A DNA stretch of 64,000 bases from Rhodosorus marinus CCMP1338 (GCA_029953675.1 JAMWBK010000003.1:2790001-2854000), one strand, 5' to 3'. Positions 12,776 to 25,560 are shown, counted from the stretch's first letter. Made by a program: numbers and translations. The notes: generated by a model not told the origin, from the letters alone.

Positions 12776-13781
12776 TCACTCACGCGCATCGACTATCTCC
12801 ATACTGAACTGGCTCAGTTGAGACGCATGCGGAGACTCATTCCTCACCAGCTCATCGAGTTTGGCGGACCTCAGCTGAACTTCTTTTCTCGTCACGGTGC
12901 TCAGCTCTGATACTATTTCCGCTAGCAGCTTGTCCTCTTCCGCAACCACCGCGAGCAAAGCTTTGCTGTTCTGTTCCGTAGATTGCATTGAAGGTCCATA
13001 GTCGTGTACCTTTCCATAGATGTCACTCTCGGCGACAGCCAGATTTGCCATCACGTCGTCAATACCTGTATTAAAGAAGCGGCCGTGGGCAGTGGGCGAA
13101 GCAGTGTGAGGACATGAACTGATTTCAATCATGTTCAGAGAGAAACCAACCTGAGCCTTTCACAGCACTCTGGACTCTATACTGCCCATCGCTTAGTTCA
13201 AGCACTTGTGCGAGGTGCGCGTTGACTTTTTCTGCCTCGTCCAAAGTCGAAATGAACGATTCAAGTTTGTGAAACACATTATCATTCACGCACTGAAGCT
13301 TACGCAAAATAGAGTCTTCTCTCTGATCTACCTTCCTGCGTGCGGCCTCTTCACGGGCTGTACATAATTCGCTGGAAAGTGCGTGCAGTTTTTTGCAATC
13401 ACGCTGCTCATCCGCTTGAACTTTCTTATTGTACCGTGCGTTGATCGCGTACCATTGAAGAAGCCTTGTTCCTAAATACATGATCTCCCTGCTTCCATCT
13501 GAGAAGTCTCCACTCGCAATTGACCTAGGAGCTAGGGTCTGGCGTTTGGTGCCTGAAATATGCGTATTAATTGTAGGTCTACTAACGCTCGGCTTTGTAC
13601 GGGCAGCCCGGAACTCCTTTTTTTGCGTCCCCAACTGCCCAACCCCGTTTCCCCTCTGTATTCCATGACGAGGAACGTCCTGAGCAGACTTCTTCGTGTT
13701 GATTCCTGTACTGGGAATCGGTTCACGGGCTCCAGACTCATTACCAGATGAAGAAATCCCACGGCCGTACCCAACTACCAT
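12776..13781 (-). CDS. Coiled-coil protein, possible augmin subunit 8 (AUG8/QWRF/HAUS8)-like
   Basis: An S/T/R-rich N-terminal half is followed by RLLQWYAINAR (resembling the QWRF-family RLLQWRFANAR) and long coiled coils. An intron at 13066-13150 joins the two ORFs in frame. The start codon is uncertain. Confidence 0.45.
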
Positions 13782-15432
13782 GTCCCAGCCTTGTCCCAAA
13801 CCAAGCGAGACCTCTTCCCGCACCTCATCAGCTCACACCACGGCCTCCCTGAAAACAGATAGCAGACTCACACGCAGCGAAATACGACTAGAAACCGCAA
13901 ACAAAAAGAACAGACGGTCTGCATCCCAGATATGTGACTAAACCAAACCCTCTCCCCACATCGACTCTACCAAACCCGCAATAAAAAAAAATACTCGCCG
14001 TTCAATATTAGCCCAAACATTTAAATTTCAAAAATCGTAAAAACAACCTCAACTCAATCATTAAATTTATTATTGATTGAATTTATATTGACTAGACTTG
14101 CCCTAATAATGATTGATAATATCATAGGCGGAAATGTTTTTGGCGGGAAAAGCAGCGAGCAAATCCGTCAGAGTTTCCCAAGAGGGTCAATAGCTGCCGC
14201 ACTTCACTCCTACATTTGTTCTCGAGGGGATCTCGGAGTCAGCCCTGTGTCCGTTTTTCTTCTTCTGGAAAGATTTACGTTACCAAAACCCTACAATGGC
14301 GGTTGACCCAGGCTTTTTGGGGGGTGGGGGCCGGTGGGTCGGAGGGTTGTAACCTTTGTTCGAGAGAATCCATTTGCGTGCATTCTCTGTTGGAAAAAGC
14401 GGACAAGTTCGGGAATCTGAACTCCTCTCTTACCCCCCCCTCCCCACGCACACACACACCTTCTGTAGGTAGTCGTAGGATGGACTTTTGTTCCTTCCCT
14501 CGAGACTTCGGCGAGCGGGTTTTTGGAGTTCTCCAGTTGGATCTTGCGGGAGCTCTGGATCTATCGCTACTGTTGAACTGGCAAAAGAAAAAATAGCACA
14601 CACAGCAACAGCAAGCCCTCATCCTTCATTTAATAGTGACCTCGGGACTGACACGTGAGACGTGTGTAAAAGAGTGAACAGATGAGGGCTGCTACTTCGC
14701 TGTCGTGGGTACTATGGGCAGCATGCTGTTTCCTACTCATTTACGGCCAAGACGTGCTCCTGTGTCATCTCCTAGGTAGGTATCGAATTGCTATACCTCG
14801 GACCTCAGTAGGTCACTAACCGTCAAGAAAAGAGCAACCAGGCAATGCTGGGTTCGCAGGAGCGTTTTCAAGTTAATCGGAGAAAATCTCGCAAGCAGGA
14901 ATCGCTTAGACCAATCCACCACCCAGCACTCTTGACGTTGATGCAATAACCGTGACCTGCTCTATGAACACCCAAGTCCTACTGGAAGCTGTGAATCGAT
15001 CCATCGCTCATAATGCTTGACATTGATTCAACAAACCCGACCTAATTCCTACCACAAAGTCCAACAGCAAGCAGCCACTCGTTTCGATCAGAGTTTTCAA
15101 AAGGGCGATCAAGTCCGCGATTCTTAGACCTGCGAAAGCAGTTCGCTGCCCGAATTCAACCCATCTGTGGTGAGATGACTAACAACCATTCCGTCGATCG
15201 GTGCATTGAAAATGGGGGTGGACATGGCCGAAGATTTCACGGAGGCGATGGGAGTAAAGGATCCATCGATGTGACATCTGAAGAAGGAGGATCAGTGATA
15301 CACCTGAAGCTTTTGAAAAGCTTGTATAGTGAAAAGTAGTATTGAGGACACACAACGTGGGGGTGTTCTTCTGCAGTCTTTGTGTTGGCGTTGAGTTTTG
15401 AGTTGAGCTGAGGCCGTTTTGGGTCGTCGGAA

Positions 15433-17930
15433 ATGGAGGGTTCTGATGATAACAAGAACTTTGGCGACGCTCTGAGGGATGCGAAGAATGCATTGGCAAA
15501 GGTGGGATACGATGGTCTTGGATTGCATCACAACAAGGATGTGAAAGGTAGGTTTTGGTCTTCTTCTTTCCCTCTACCCCTTCTCGAGTCATCTGGTTTG
15601 TGCTTTTTGTGTTGCCTTTTTCAGCATTTCCTGAAGATCGATGCTCATTTCCGGTTCTTCCTTTTGTTTCAGGATCGATTCATGGACTCGGGCCAGTTCC
15701 AGTGGCTACCGCTCTGAATCAACTTAAAAGTGCAGTTTCTACATTGGAGAAAGTAGCTGAGAACAAGGATGTGTGGACTGATAGATTCTACTATGAGCTA
15801 GGAAAGCTGAAAGGTACTCTAACGAAAGAAGACACAGCCCACCGCTTAGCATGAACCCACGTCCGAACGAAAAACTGACATAAGCGCGCAAAAAAAAAAC
15901 AACGGCAGGTGAACTCTCGCAACAGAGCAAACGTGTTGAAGACATGAAGAAAGCCCTCACCAACGCGGCGGAAACATGCGCAAGAGAAGACCCATTCGCT
16001 CCTCCTGGTTTCCGGTTATCCCGTAAGGTGCGCCTGGCTGCTGAAAAGGCGGGGCTGCAATGGGCAGAGGAAGCATCTCCAGATTCCGTATCAGTTCCAG
16101 AACTATCGATCTACGGAAAAACATTCCTTGTCGGTATTCAGTAAGCCAACTCCCACATCACCATACGCGGGGGGCTAGTACTGCTTTCTCCGTCAAAGCG
16201 AGAAACGCTTTGGTCCACGCCGGAAAACGCTTTTCATAGTTGCGGACACGGTATCTGAGCAGCCAGAGGCTTGCGGTTTCAACCACGATGAGCGGAGTTA
16301 TTCCCTGCTCGTCGTTCTCCTCAGACTTTGTCTTTTACGGACCTCTGAGCGGAAACGATTTGTCTTTGTCCTTGTCATGCAGTTTCCAACCGGATAGTAA
16401 TGCGACCGACGTCAATTTCGTCAACGTTGTTGGAGACAAGGAAGATCCCGCAGATATGGCTGTGAACCAGGATATTGAGAGGCTCTTGGAGGAAGAACTC
16501 ATCGATGAGGTATGGAACAGACAACTGCTTATTCGCGGGATTTTGTTGTTCCCAGACTCGGTTGTTGTTAGGTCACCGGTCGCGAAGTTGCGATGGATCT
16601 CTTCCGCGTCCCGTTTGGCGATGCACACCCGGGGCTTGTCTTGAGAATCGGGAGGTTAGATCGTCCGACTGAAAATGAATATCGCCTTTTTTTGCTGCTT
16701 TCGTCGGCTTCAGTTTGAACGAGTCTTGAGGACCCTGTTGGAGCTGGAATCGCTGGAGACCAAGCTCGGAGAATTCAAGCTGAAGGATTCTTTGACAGGG
16801 TTTGAGGAAGACCTGCTCGCATTTCAAAAGAGCGAAGAAAACGCGGGTGCGAGTGTGGTGCAGAGAATCTGTTTGGGCCACGGGTTGATAAGGAGAACAG
16901 CAGCTGGGCTTCAGATTAAATACCATGCGACTGCTGCCGGGATGGTAAAATTGAACAAGCAGGCGTCGTTGGAAGGCCCTGAGGTACCTCTTGAGCCCGA
17001 TGAAACGTATTCCGCTGATGTTGGAGTGGATGACGCGACGCCGCCCAAGGCTATAGCGGTGGGTTCGCAGGGAGTTGGTACTGCGCCGAGCGTAGTTCCC
17101 AGCCTGCCGTTGGAGTTCACCTTTGCGTCTGAGTCGACACAGACCGTGGCCGCAATCTATGTCCTTCATCTCAATCCCCCAGTAGTCTGCTCAAGTTCCT
17201 TAGCCACATCTTTGGCGTCTCTTTCAACTCCATACTCAAACGAGGCGGGAGTCCCATGGACTGAGAAAGGAACCGGACTTCAGATGCTGCTGAGTCCTGA
17301 GGCGTTTGACCAAGGCGGAGTGGATGTGCTCAGAAATTGCAGTCTAAGGGACGGAAGCGTTGTTGCCTTCTCCCACCCAGGTAATCGGTATTTGGGTGCG
17401 ACTGTCTCAAGAATCCCAGTTGTTCATCCGCGCGACCTCAACGTCGCGTTCAGACTGCTTCGACAACAAGCTACATTCAACGAACTGTTCACCTCATGCT
17501 GTCAACAAGACATTGATTCTGCAGATTTGTCAAAAGAAGCCAGAACCGTGTTGTCTGCTGAGGTACGTTATTAAACCACTCACGACACATCTATGAGCCG
17601 GTCATCGTTATTGGGTGCTTCCAACACTGAAACCGTGGTTACTCTGCTCATCTTGTACCCTTTCTCGGCTTTCGCTTGACCTAGGTGGTTCTTTCCGACC
17701 CGCCGTCTTTTCTTCAAGTGGATATCTCGAATAAAAACGAGGAGACTGCTGTACTGACAATTGGTATATCTATTGCAGAGGGAGGGCAGATTCATGTTAC
17801 TCTGCAAGGGCAAAACCCATGGTGCTCGGACGCGACAGCTACAAAGTTGCTTCGAGCCTCTAGGAATGTCCCACTTTCTATCTACTACATGAGAAAGGCA
17901 GAACAGGGGTCTGGTGCAATGGCAACTTAA
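15433..17930 (+). CDS. MED1: Mediator subunit MED1 (spliced)
   Basis: Med1-domain-like motifs YGKTFLV, IPVVHPRDLNVAFRLLRQQATFNELFTSC and C-terminal CSDATATKLLRASRNVPLSIYYMRK. Several exon ORFs are separated by GT-AG introns. Confidence 0.8.
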
Positions 17931-17955
17931 GGGTACGCCTCCACGTGTTTTAATT

Positions 17956-20764
17956 TCACCACGTGACTTTCTTCAAGAGTCTTGTCGCCCATTGTGGTGG
18001 ACCTCCCTCAAGCCCTTTGAAAGTGTAACCGAAACGGAAGGCGACCTTCAACGGCCACAAGAGTATTCTGGCAAGCCACAATGGAACCGTACGTGTTAAG
18101 CACGATACACTTTGTGGTTTGAGACAGTCATCAATTGAGAAAAGGGGATGATTCAGCAGCGACGAAGTGACAACCCAAACGCGTTAGAGCACAAGAACGA
18201 GGGGATAGTGTCAAACAACGCTCACCGTATGCCGTCCACATACAGGACATCGTTGAGGGTATGAGGATGGTATACCCCCATCCTCCTCTCTCTCCTGATG
18301 CCGGTGACGACCTTGTCACTATACAGCGCATCACCAACGGACAGCTCCTCGGCCAATATGAGCTTTTCGGATTGCCCGACTAGGTAGTGTGATGATGCTA
18401 CTGAAAGAGATTCGCCTGATTCAAAGCGAATTATCATATAAAGGGAACTGTCCTTTTGCATCCGTCGTGTGAACAAAAACACGGGGGTGAACTCTGTTTC
18501 CGATGAGCGCACACGATCCCCGATATCCAGGAGGTCCATAGGCTTAAAAGATCCATCTGCGCCAGTGAAAATACGCACAAAATGGTACTCAGAGATACTC
18601 TGAAGACAACCCCAGGAAGATCTGGACGCTACCTTCAAGCTCGACGGTGGAAGAACCTGGAAAGCAAACTTCTTCTGGAGCTGGCGGTTGTTCCCCGGCC
18701 GTCCTGGTAAGCGCGAGGAAAAAAGGACATACATCAGCCCTTTAACGTCTGCGGACGGCGATGGATCTGAATGGAATCGTTCCGTACCCGCTGTGTCTGA
18801 TAGCTATCAGTTCGTTGGACGAATCTGAGGTGTACAAAAGAGTACCATCCTTGAGGAAGATACCATCAACTGGCCTCACTTCCCGGGTTTCTAGGAAGTC
18901 GTGAATCAGTTCGTAGTCATCGCTGCTTGGCATTCCGGTTGAACTGCGCATGACACAAGGATTGGATCTGTTAACGAGGATATCCTAGTCGTCGCCCGAG
19001 CCGGGTGACGGTGACATACGAGTCAAACTTCACTCTGGCAACAGCATATCCAGACGGTGGGTCTCGATTCCAGCTGCCATGGCTGAACACGATCATGTCG
19101 CCCTCACCGTCCGATGGGAAGGGAAACTCCATATCATCTCCGGACGGGGGCTGGAACGCAAAACCTAATGGAGCCCAATGAGCCGGCAAGCAATACCTGT
19201 TTACGTTTGCACGACAAGCTAGGTTCAGTGATTTGCTGAAATGAGAATATCAAGAGCACAGGGAAATTCTCCCCGGGCTGCTAAACCTTCTGGCTACTGA
19301 AACGCCCGGAACTCCAGATAAGCGCGTCACCCAACGCAAGATGGTACGGATCTAAACTGAGACAAGAAGAAACTCACGCTGGGCGTTGGACGAGTTCTTC
19401 ATTTCTGCAATCCTCGTCTGTAAAACTCGCCTCTGGGAAGGTCTTGGGCCATGCCCACTGCGTCGTCTTCCCCTGCCCAAAGCCGTTGTCAAGAATTCCC
19501 TCAGAGAAGCAGTAGGGATATCCGTAAAATTTGCCAGCGCCGGTGAATTGGTTGATTTCCTCGCAAGGGTTGTCGTTATGAATATCTCCTCCAATGTCAT
19601 CCCGAACAAGCTGGTCAGCTGCATTCTCAACCCTGAAAACCGGTCCGAGGGAACCCATTGGAGTCAAGCAAACCAATGTCAGAAAACAATGGTAGACAAA
19701 AATTCTCCCTACGCTTTAGGACTTTGATGTTTTGAATTCCATGTTCTAAGGAGCTGATCAAACACCTCGACGGGTTCATGTTCGACAGAACGACGACGCA
19801 GATGCGTTGACATTTCTTAAGCCCTCTGGCTGCGACATGAGGCGTTTGATCATGTTCTCTTCACGTTCAAGAAGGCAGGACCTGCGCTTGGTTCGGCCAC
19901 CTACCCCCATAAGACGCCTCGTGAGTCAAATCCTAGGCCAACTTCGTTCCGAAGACCAGAGGCGAACAATTCAAGTGTGTCCCAGTCGTTGTTGCCGGCT
20001 TCGATGGCATCCTGCGAAACTCGCTTCAAGTTGCTTCGAACTGGAGTCGGATCCACATTTCCTAACGATCCGGTAGCTATGTACAGTCTGCCCCTGAGGC
20101 GCGGAGAGGAGGACGAGCGAGGGCAGACTTTAGAAGTGGTCTTCGTCATATTCCTTGGCTTGTCTTTCTTCGCAGCTGGCTTACTGGTCGTCTAGAGCAA
20201 GGCTCCTCGTGAAATGTCCTCCCCGTGGAATGTTCTTGACAATCACGTGCTGGGATTCGGCCATTTTCTCCTGTGAGTTGTAGATGTATCTGTACACTGT
20301 GTCCTCAGTTGAGACGAACGCATACGGACCTCCGGAAGCAACGGCTCTCTCGCTCTCGTCGATCAAGACTGCATGGTTAAGGCCCAGGCCTTGTATCAAA
20401 ACCACCTTTTTTACATCCTGAGCGGCCAACCATATAGTCAGTAGGGAAAGGATGCCAAGCCATCTGCTGGATACGAAAATACTTCGGAGACTACCTCAAC
20501 GGACTGATCTGAGTTGGGAGGGGGATAGAGTAGCACCAGTGATCCAGTGCCCTTCTCGATGACCAAAATATTTCCTTCAGAATCCTGCACCAAGGACCTC
20601 GCGCTCTCTACCTCCGCGTACTTGAAAGCGCAGTATCCCTCCCGAATCGCCCCGCCGGCGATTGCAAATCGATGTCCGCACGCACTGTCAACTTCATGAC
20701 AGTAAACAAGCGAGGAAGAACAGAGAACAACCAGACCATAAAGAATTAACTGCGTTCCAAACAT
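17956..20764 (-). CDS. Secreted PQQ-dependent sugar dehydrogenase (sorbosone DH/AA12-like beta-propeller) fused to a C-terminal Hedgehog-type Hint domain
   Basis: Nine-exon model: 20764-20495, 20417-20185, 20093-19905, 19632-19378, 19196-19020, 18943-18788, 18703-18633, 18556-18226, 18109-17956 (1836 nt, 611 aa, all GT-AG). It has a signal peptide MFGTQLILYGLVVLCSSSLVYC and propeller motifs SGLRNEVG, GVENAADQL, DNPCEE, YGYPYC, PAHWAPLG, SHGSWNRDPPSGY and RPVD. The Hint domain starts CFPGSSTVELEDGSFKPMDLLDIGDRV and contains SSHYL and VYHPHTLNDVLYVDG. Confidence 0.88.
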
Positions 20765-23700
20765 TCGTGCTAACCTGCTCCAGGCTAGTGGATGGATCTC
20801 ATAGCCTCTCCTAGGTAACTTCCTCACCCCAATAAGACAGCAACTCGAGGCAAGCGTCCTTCGCGAGTCGAATTTTGTTGTTAGGCTTGAGATGTAACAA
20901 ATTTACATCTAAATTCTTCGAGAGTTCTATATTCCAATGTTTCCTTCTGCTGGGGTTGACAAATGGTTTTTGATCTAATTGTTTTTGGAAAAGTTGCTGG
21001 AGTTGGAGGGGTTTGGTTGACGTCATTTTTATGAATTAAGAATGTTTTTAGGTGATTTTTGTATGTATTGGTGATGCTGAATGTGAGTGCTAGCTGTGAC
21101 TGACGAAGGAAGTGGAGCTATAAGTTATAGTATCACCCAAAGCTGTTTTGGACGATGCAGCGTTCTAGTTAAAATGACAGAACCCCACGTGTCCCTGTGC
21201 AGCTATTTGAGCGTCAACATTTGAGCTACTAGAGTGTCTAGCGCTTTCGAGGCGCCAGTGCACTGGAACCTGATATGTCAGCTCCTAGCGAAAGCCTGAT
21301 TCCGGTTATCCTCCAGCACAGGCCAACTATATGAGTTTCTCTTGCCCCTTGAGGAGACTTCTGCTATTTATCGTTGGAACGTGTGCTGTTTTAGCTGCTC
21401 ATTCTTCCAGACTCCTTTTCGTAAGCAAACTTCGTGAAGTCGATTTGTCAACGGGAGCCTCGCCTACGATGACAGCTGAATCAAGGCTTCTGCTTTTGGG
21501 CAGTTTGTAGTCATGAAATCAACGGAAGGAGGATTTGTTGCAGTCCTAAGATCTGTTTGATCGAGTTTGGGATGTATACCGCGGTATCAAAAGTGAGCTA
21601 TTAGTAGTTTTGTTTACGTACTATTTTGAATTTCGAATTAAAAATGGTTTATTCATCGGAGCGTGTTCTCCGTAGCTTCTCTAGGTCGATAGACGTCCCT
21701 CTGACTGTCTCAGCCGACGTTTTCTCCTTTCCTCCACTACGAATTGCTGCCCCTTCATTAACACCCATGCGAGGTGAAACTTTCTCTCGGTCACCTGAGG
21801 AGACAAGGTGAGCACGAATTGAGTGATTGCAAGGGCTTCACTTAATTGCGTTCGGCGGCACTTGTAGAAGCAACGTTTTCCCTTTGTAAGAAAACCGCCG
21901 TACCTTATCCTTCAGGAGCTTGTTCGCATCCCTCATCCTGTTTTTATTTTCAATGGCCCTCGCTGTGGCTTGCAGCTGAGAGACTTGCAGTTGGGCGTTC
22001 AGAGCTGAAAGCGTTCCAAGTTGTTCCTGCAGCCGTTCAACATGTGCACGTTTCTTTTTTCTTAAACGCGCAGCAGCGATGCGATTGTTCTCGTTTCTGT
22101 AGAAGACAACATGGACGGAAGCATTGATGATGAGCTCTCCTGGATTTTCACATGGTAGTAGTGAAGGCGAACGGAATTACCTTCGAGCTTTGGCACGGGA
22201 TGGGTGGTCGTTGCCTGTCGACACGTCGCTTTGATTGGGTGTTATCGATGGACTTGTAGACCGAGGTTGACCTGAAGGTTGGCATGCCGGCACCTTGATA
22301 GCCATAGTATCGACAGTCTTGCCGCTGAGCGACTCAGTCTGCGAGCTAAAACCACAGCTTGCATTTGGATACTAGCCACAAGGATGGGGCAGGACTTCAT
22401 TAGTTTGTTTATCTTTTCAGAATGGCCGTGGAAGCATTCGTGAGGCCATTATACCTCTGTGCTTCCGCTATGGCCTTCCCCTACCCTCTCAAGGAGGGCA
22501 TCAAGTTCCAGGCGACCACGCTGCAATTCTGAATTGTCTCGTGCGCTCGAACACTCTTCGTTCGCTGAAACCAACTTATCACTCATGGGTAAAGGCGCGC
22601 TCAAAGAACATAGGTCAAGGCTCTCACTATCCGGGGATGGACTTCCAAGAACTTGCCTGGTATTCTGCGATGTCTGGTATAGCTGGTACCTCCTCGTATT
22701 CTCTGAAACCAGAAATAGAATTAGAATCTGGGTACAAAGCGATTTGGGAACCTACGAGTTCATCTTGCAGTACTCACCATCGTCCATACTTCACACAAAG
22801 CAACAACAATCTGATTACCTTCATTAACACTCTATTTGCCAGTGCGACCTGAATCCTCGGGGAACCTGCTCGCTCACATTCGTTCCGCTTATGGGCGCTA
22901 CCTTTGACACAGAACTCATCAAATCGAGATTTATTCGGACAGCCGCCTACCTAAAGACGCCAACTACATGTGTAATGGCCAGAAAACAGAAGGAAACTAA
23001 AGAATCGAGTTCCTCCTGTTGCCGACAATCCATACTGCGCCGACCAGCCGAACCTGCGGAGGCCCCGCAATCCGTCACACTGCTGGGCGTTGGTTTTCGT
23101 TTTTTGTTTTTTTTCAAGCAACGAATAGAAGAAATAATAAGGAAGCGAGAACAAACAAAAACTCCTACCATCAAAGCGAACAACAATGAACGTTTGATTC
23201 ATTGAACATCGCCTCCGAGCACTCAACTTCCCTTCTACTGCCATACATTTCAAGTCTGCTGCAACTGATGCGCTCACAACCTATGGAACAAAGTACAATC
23301 TACAAGAAAACATTATTGATCATCGTACGTCTGTATGTAATTGACGCTCAACCGATGAAAACGAATTATAATATTACGAAAAAAATCATAATAGATGATC
23401 ACTAGTCTTTTGTAATTGACACTTAATCTATGAAACAAATTACATTCTACAAGGAATAATCATTGATGATCATAACGAAAGCCGCTCTTTCCAAAAATAT
23501 TGATAATTCTATGTATCCCGTATTTGAAAAACAAATAGATATTCATGGCCTTCCAAAAAAGAAACAAAAACATGTACAAGAACGACACAATGTTTTAACC
23601 CCTTGCAAATTATGTTCTACGTTTGTTTGATCTTTTGTGCAGCACCCCCTAGTGATCAAACGCTATGGAATAAGACGATAAGACCTTTCATCTATTTTCT

Positions 23701-24859
23701 TAAATAGTAATACTTGTATCGATTAATTCTTCTAAGACCAGTCAAGGGCTTTTGGCGTTGCCGAGGTCTGGAACGAAAGCTTACCCCCCTCCACACTTAT
23801 CATCGAGGGGGTGTGCTTTTTCGATGGGCAAAAAAACGGATATCTTTTCAATTTTCCAAAAAAAGAGAGACAAAATTAAGAAATTACGAACATCCGAACC
23901 CCTAACAGTTAATATATCTTTTAGTTTTAACCGCTTTAATTGCTGATCCTGTGAAGTGGCATTTCTATGCATTTACTGGGAGAAAATACTTGAAGGAGAC
24001 GGAGATTGTTTTTGGCCGTACGTCAACCGGTGGCGTTAGTCTGGCCGATCCCTCGTGCGGGTTGTTAGTGATGAACTATTTTGAACCTATCTATAACGGC
24101 GAGAGAGAGGGCGACACGGAGACGTCCTAGACTGGCCTTTGCTGAGTTCGCAGTCGATGGCCTTCCAGGTAATTTACCTTTGTGTTGTATGTATTGAGCT
24201 ATACTTTGTCATTCAACAATCTTCCATGTTTTTTTGGCCTTACACTTGAATAAATGTGTCAGTTAGTTATTGAGAAGTTCCCAACGAATGAGCAGCCCGA
24301 CCACAATGCTACTTTCTGGGCGGCCGATGACCATGGTCTATCAAGTCCTGATTTTACTGCCTGAAATTTCGGATAACGTACTGGTCAACTCTTTCTTTTC
24401 AGAGAGTAGAAAAGTATTTGCTGTAGTAGAATGACATTTGCTAGCTTGATATGGAAGGCTCCTTTTCACCCACACCTCGGCGGAGCGTTGCGTTGTGTGC
24501 GCCAGACCAATACTGTGAGGGTAGAGAAACGGATTCGCGTGTGTCGGTGTAAGTCTAGATTCAATTTATGGAACAGTGGTTGAGCTTTGAACAGGAAACA
24601 TCTATAGTGTCTCCGTCCAAATGTTAACTGTGGTTGTTCTTTTTACTTAAATCAACATTATTTCCCGACATATGTTTCCGGACCTCCATACCAGGTGATT
24701 GTTCAAAAATTCGGTTCCGCTTCGCAGGGGGTGTTCAAAAAACACTCTCCCGGGGTGTCACCAGCACGCCTTTGTGGTGTTAACTGAAGATACATCGCAG
24801 GAAGCTGTAGACTGCGCGAGAGTAAAGATCGGCGGGTGGGAAAGGCTGTGGAATATGGA

Positions 24860-25560
24860 TGAGGGGTGGCCCAACGCAGGACCACGGGAGCTAGGTAGAG
24901 ACGAAATGATCTTGAGTATCAGAACGCTGCTAGGTCTACCCCCTCCGGGGCTAGCATGGTCGTACACGTGCACCGTTTGTGAACCGCCTCACGACGCAGG
25001 AGGAATTCAACGCCTTCACAGTGCCGGACCGCATCAGATATGCGAACAACACGCCATGATGAGCTCAAAATGGAGCTGAGCCGATGAATGCACCTGTGGA
25101 GTTTTGAGGACCTGCAAGCCCAGTTCCGGGGCTTCCTTGCCGGGTCAGGGATTCGTCCTGACATGTAGCAAGGCACACGACAAGCGGACATGTATACGCG
25201 CTGGATGTAATGGTGACGTCCCCACTGCAACGCCATCAAATTGAGGCATACCAGCTGGAGAAGCGGGTATGCCGCGGAGAAAGCCTAACAGGATAAAATG
25301 ACCATAACCCACTCGAGAAGGTAATATCTGCTGAACGAAGGGAGGTGATCCTAGTTCCATTTATTGTTGAGACGTAGGGGGGCTCAGCCAAGCATGCGTG
25401 GAGTTTCTCCGCAAGGCCACCGCCCATTTGCACGATCGTGAAACACACCTATCTTCGGCGAGATGCCAGTTGAACCGGCTTATATGGCAACACATCCCCC
25501 GGCTAGTCCAGCATGCGATCGAGAAAGGACCGCGCCGACCGGCCAATATTTCCGTCAGCT
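24860..25560 (+). mobile_element. Decayed 3' end of an RLE-type (CRE-like) non-LTR retrotransposon
   Basis: Motifs occur in the expected order across frameshifts and stops: EMILSIRTLLGLP, CTVC...C (zinc knuckle), TTRHDELK, GIRPDM, YALDVMVTSPL and ILVPFIVET*GG. These are typical of restriction-like endonuclease domains. Confidence 0.78.

Noticed and set aside
23150-23200. NQTFIVVRFDGRSF resembling the Thg1 N-terminal motif
   Set aside because: No downstream Thg1 motifs, and the splice options I tried hit stops quickly.
24300-24500. WAADD as a possible reverse-transcriptase YxDD remnant of the retroelement
   Set aside because: It is an isolated short match with no flanking RT motifs, so it is not included in the element call.
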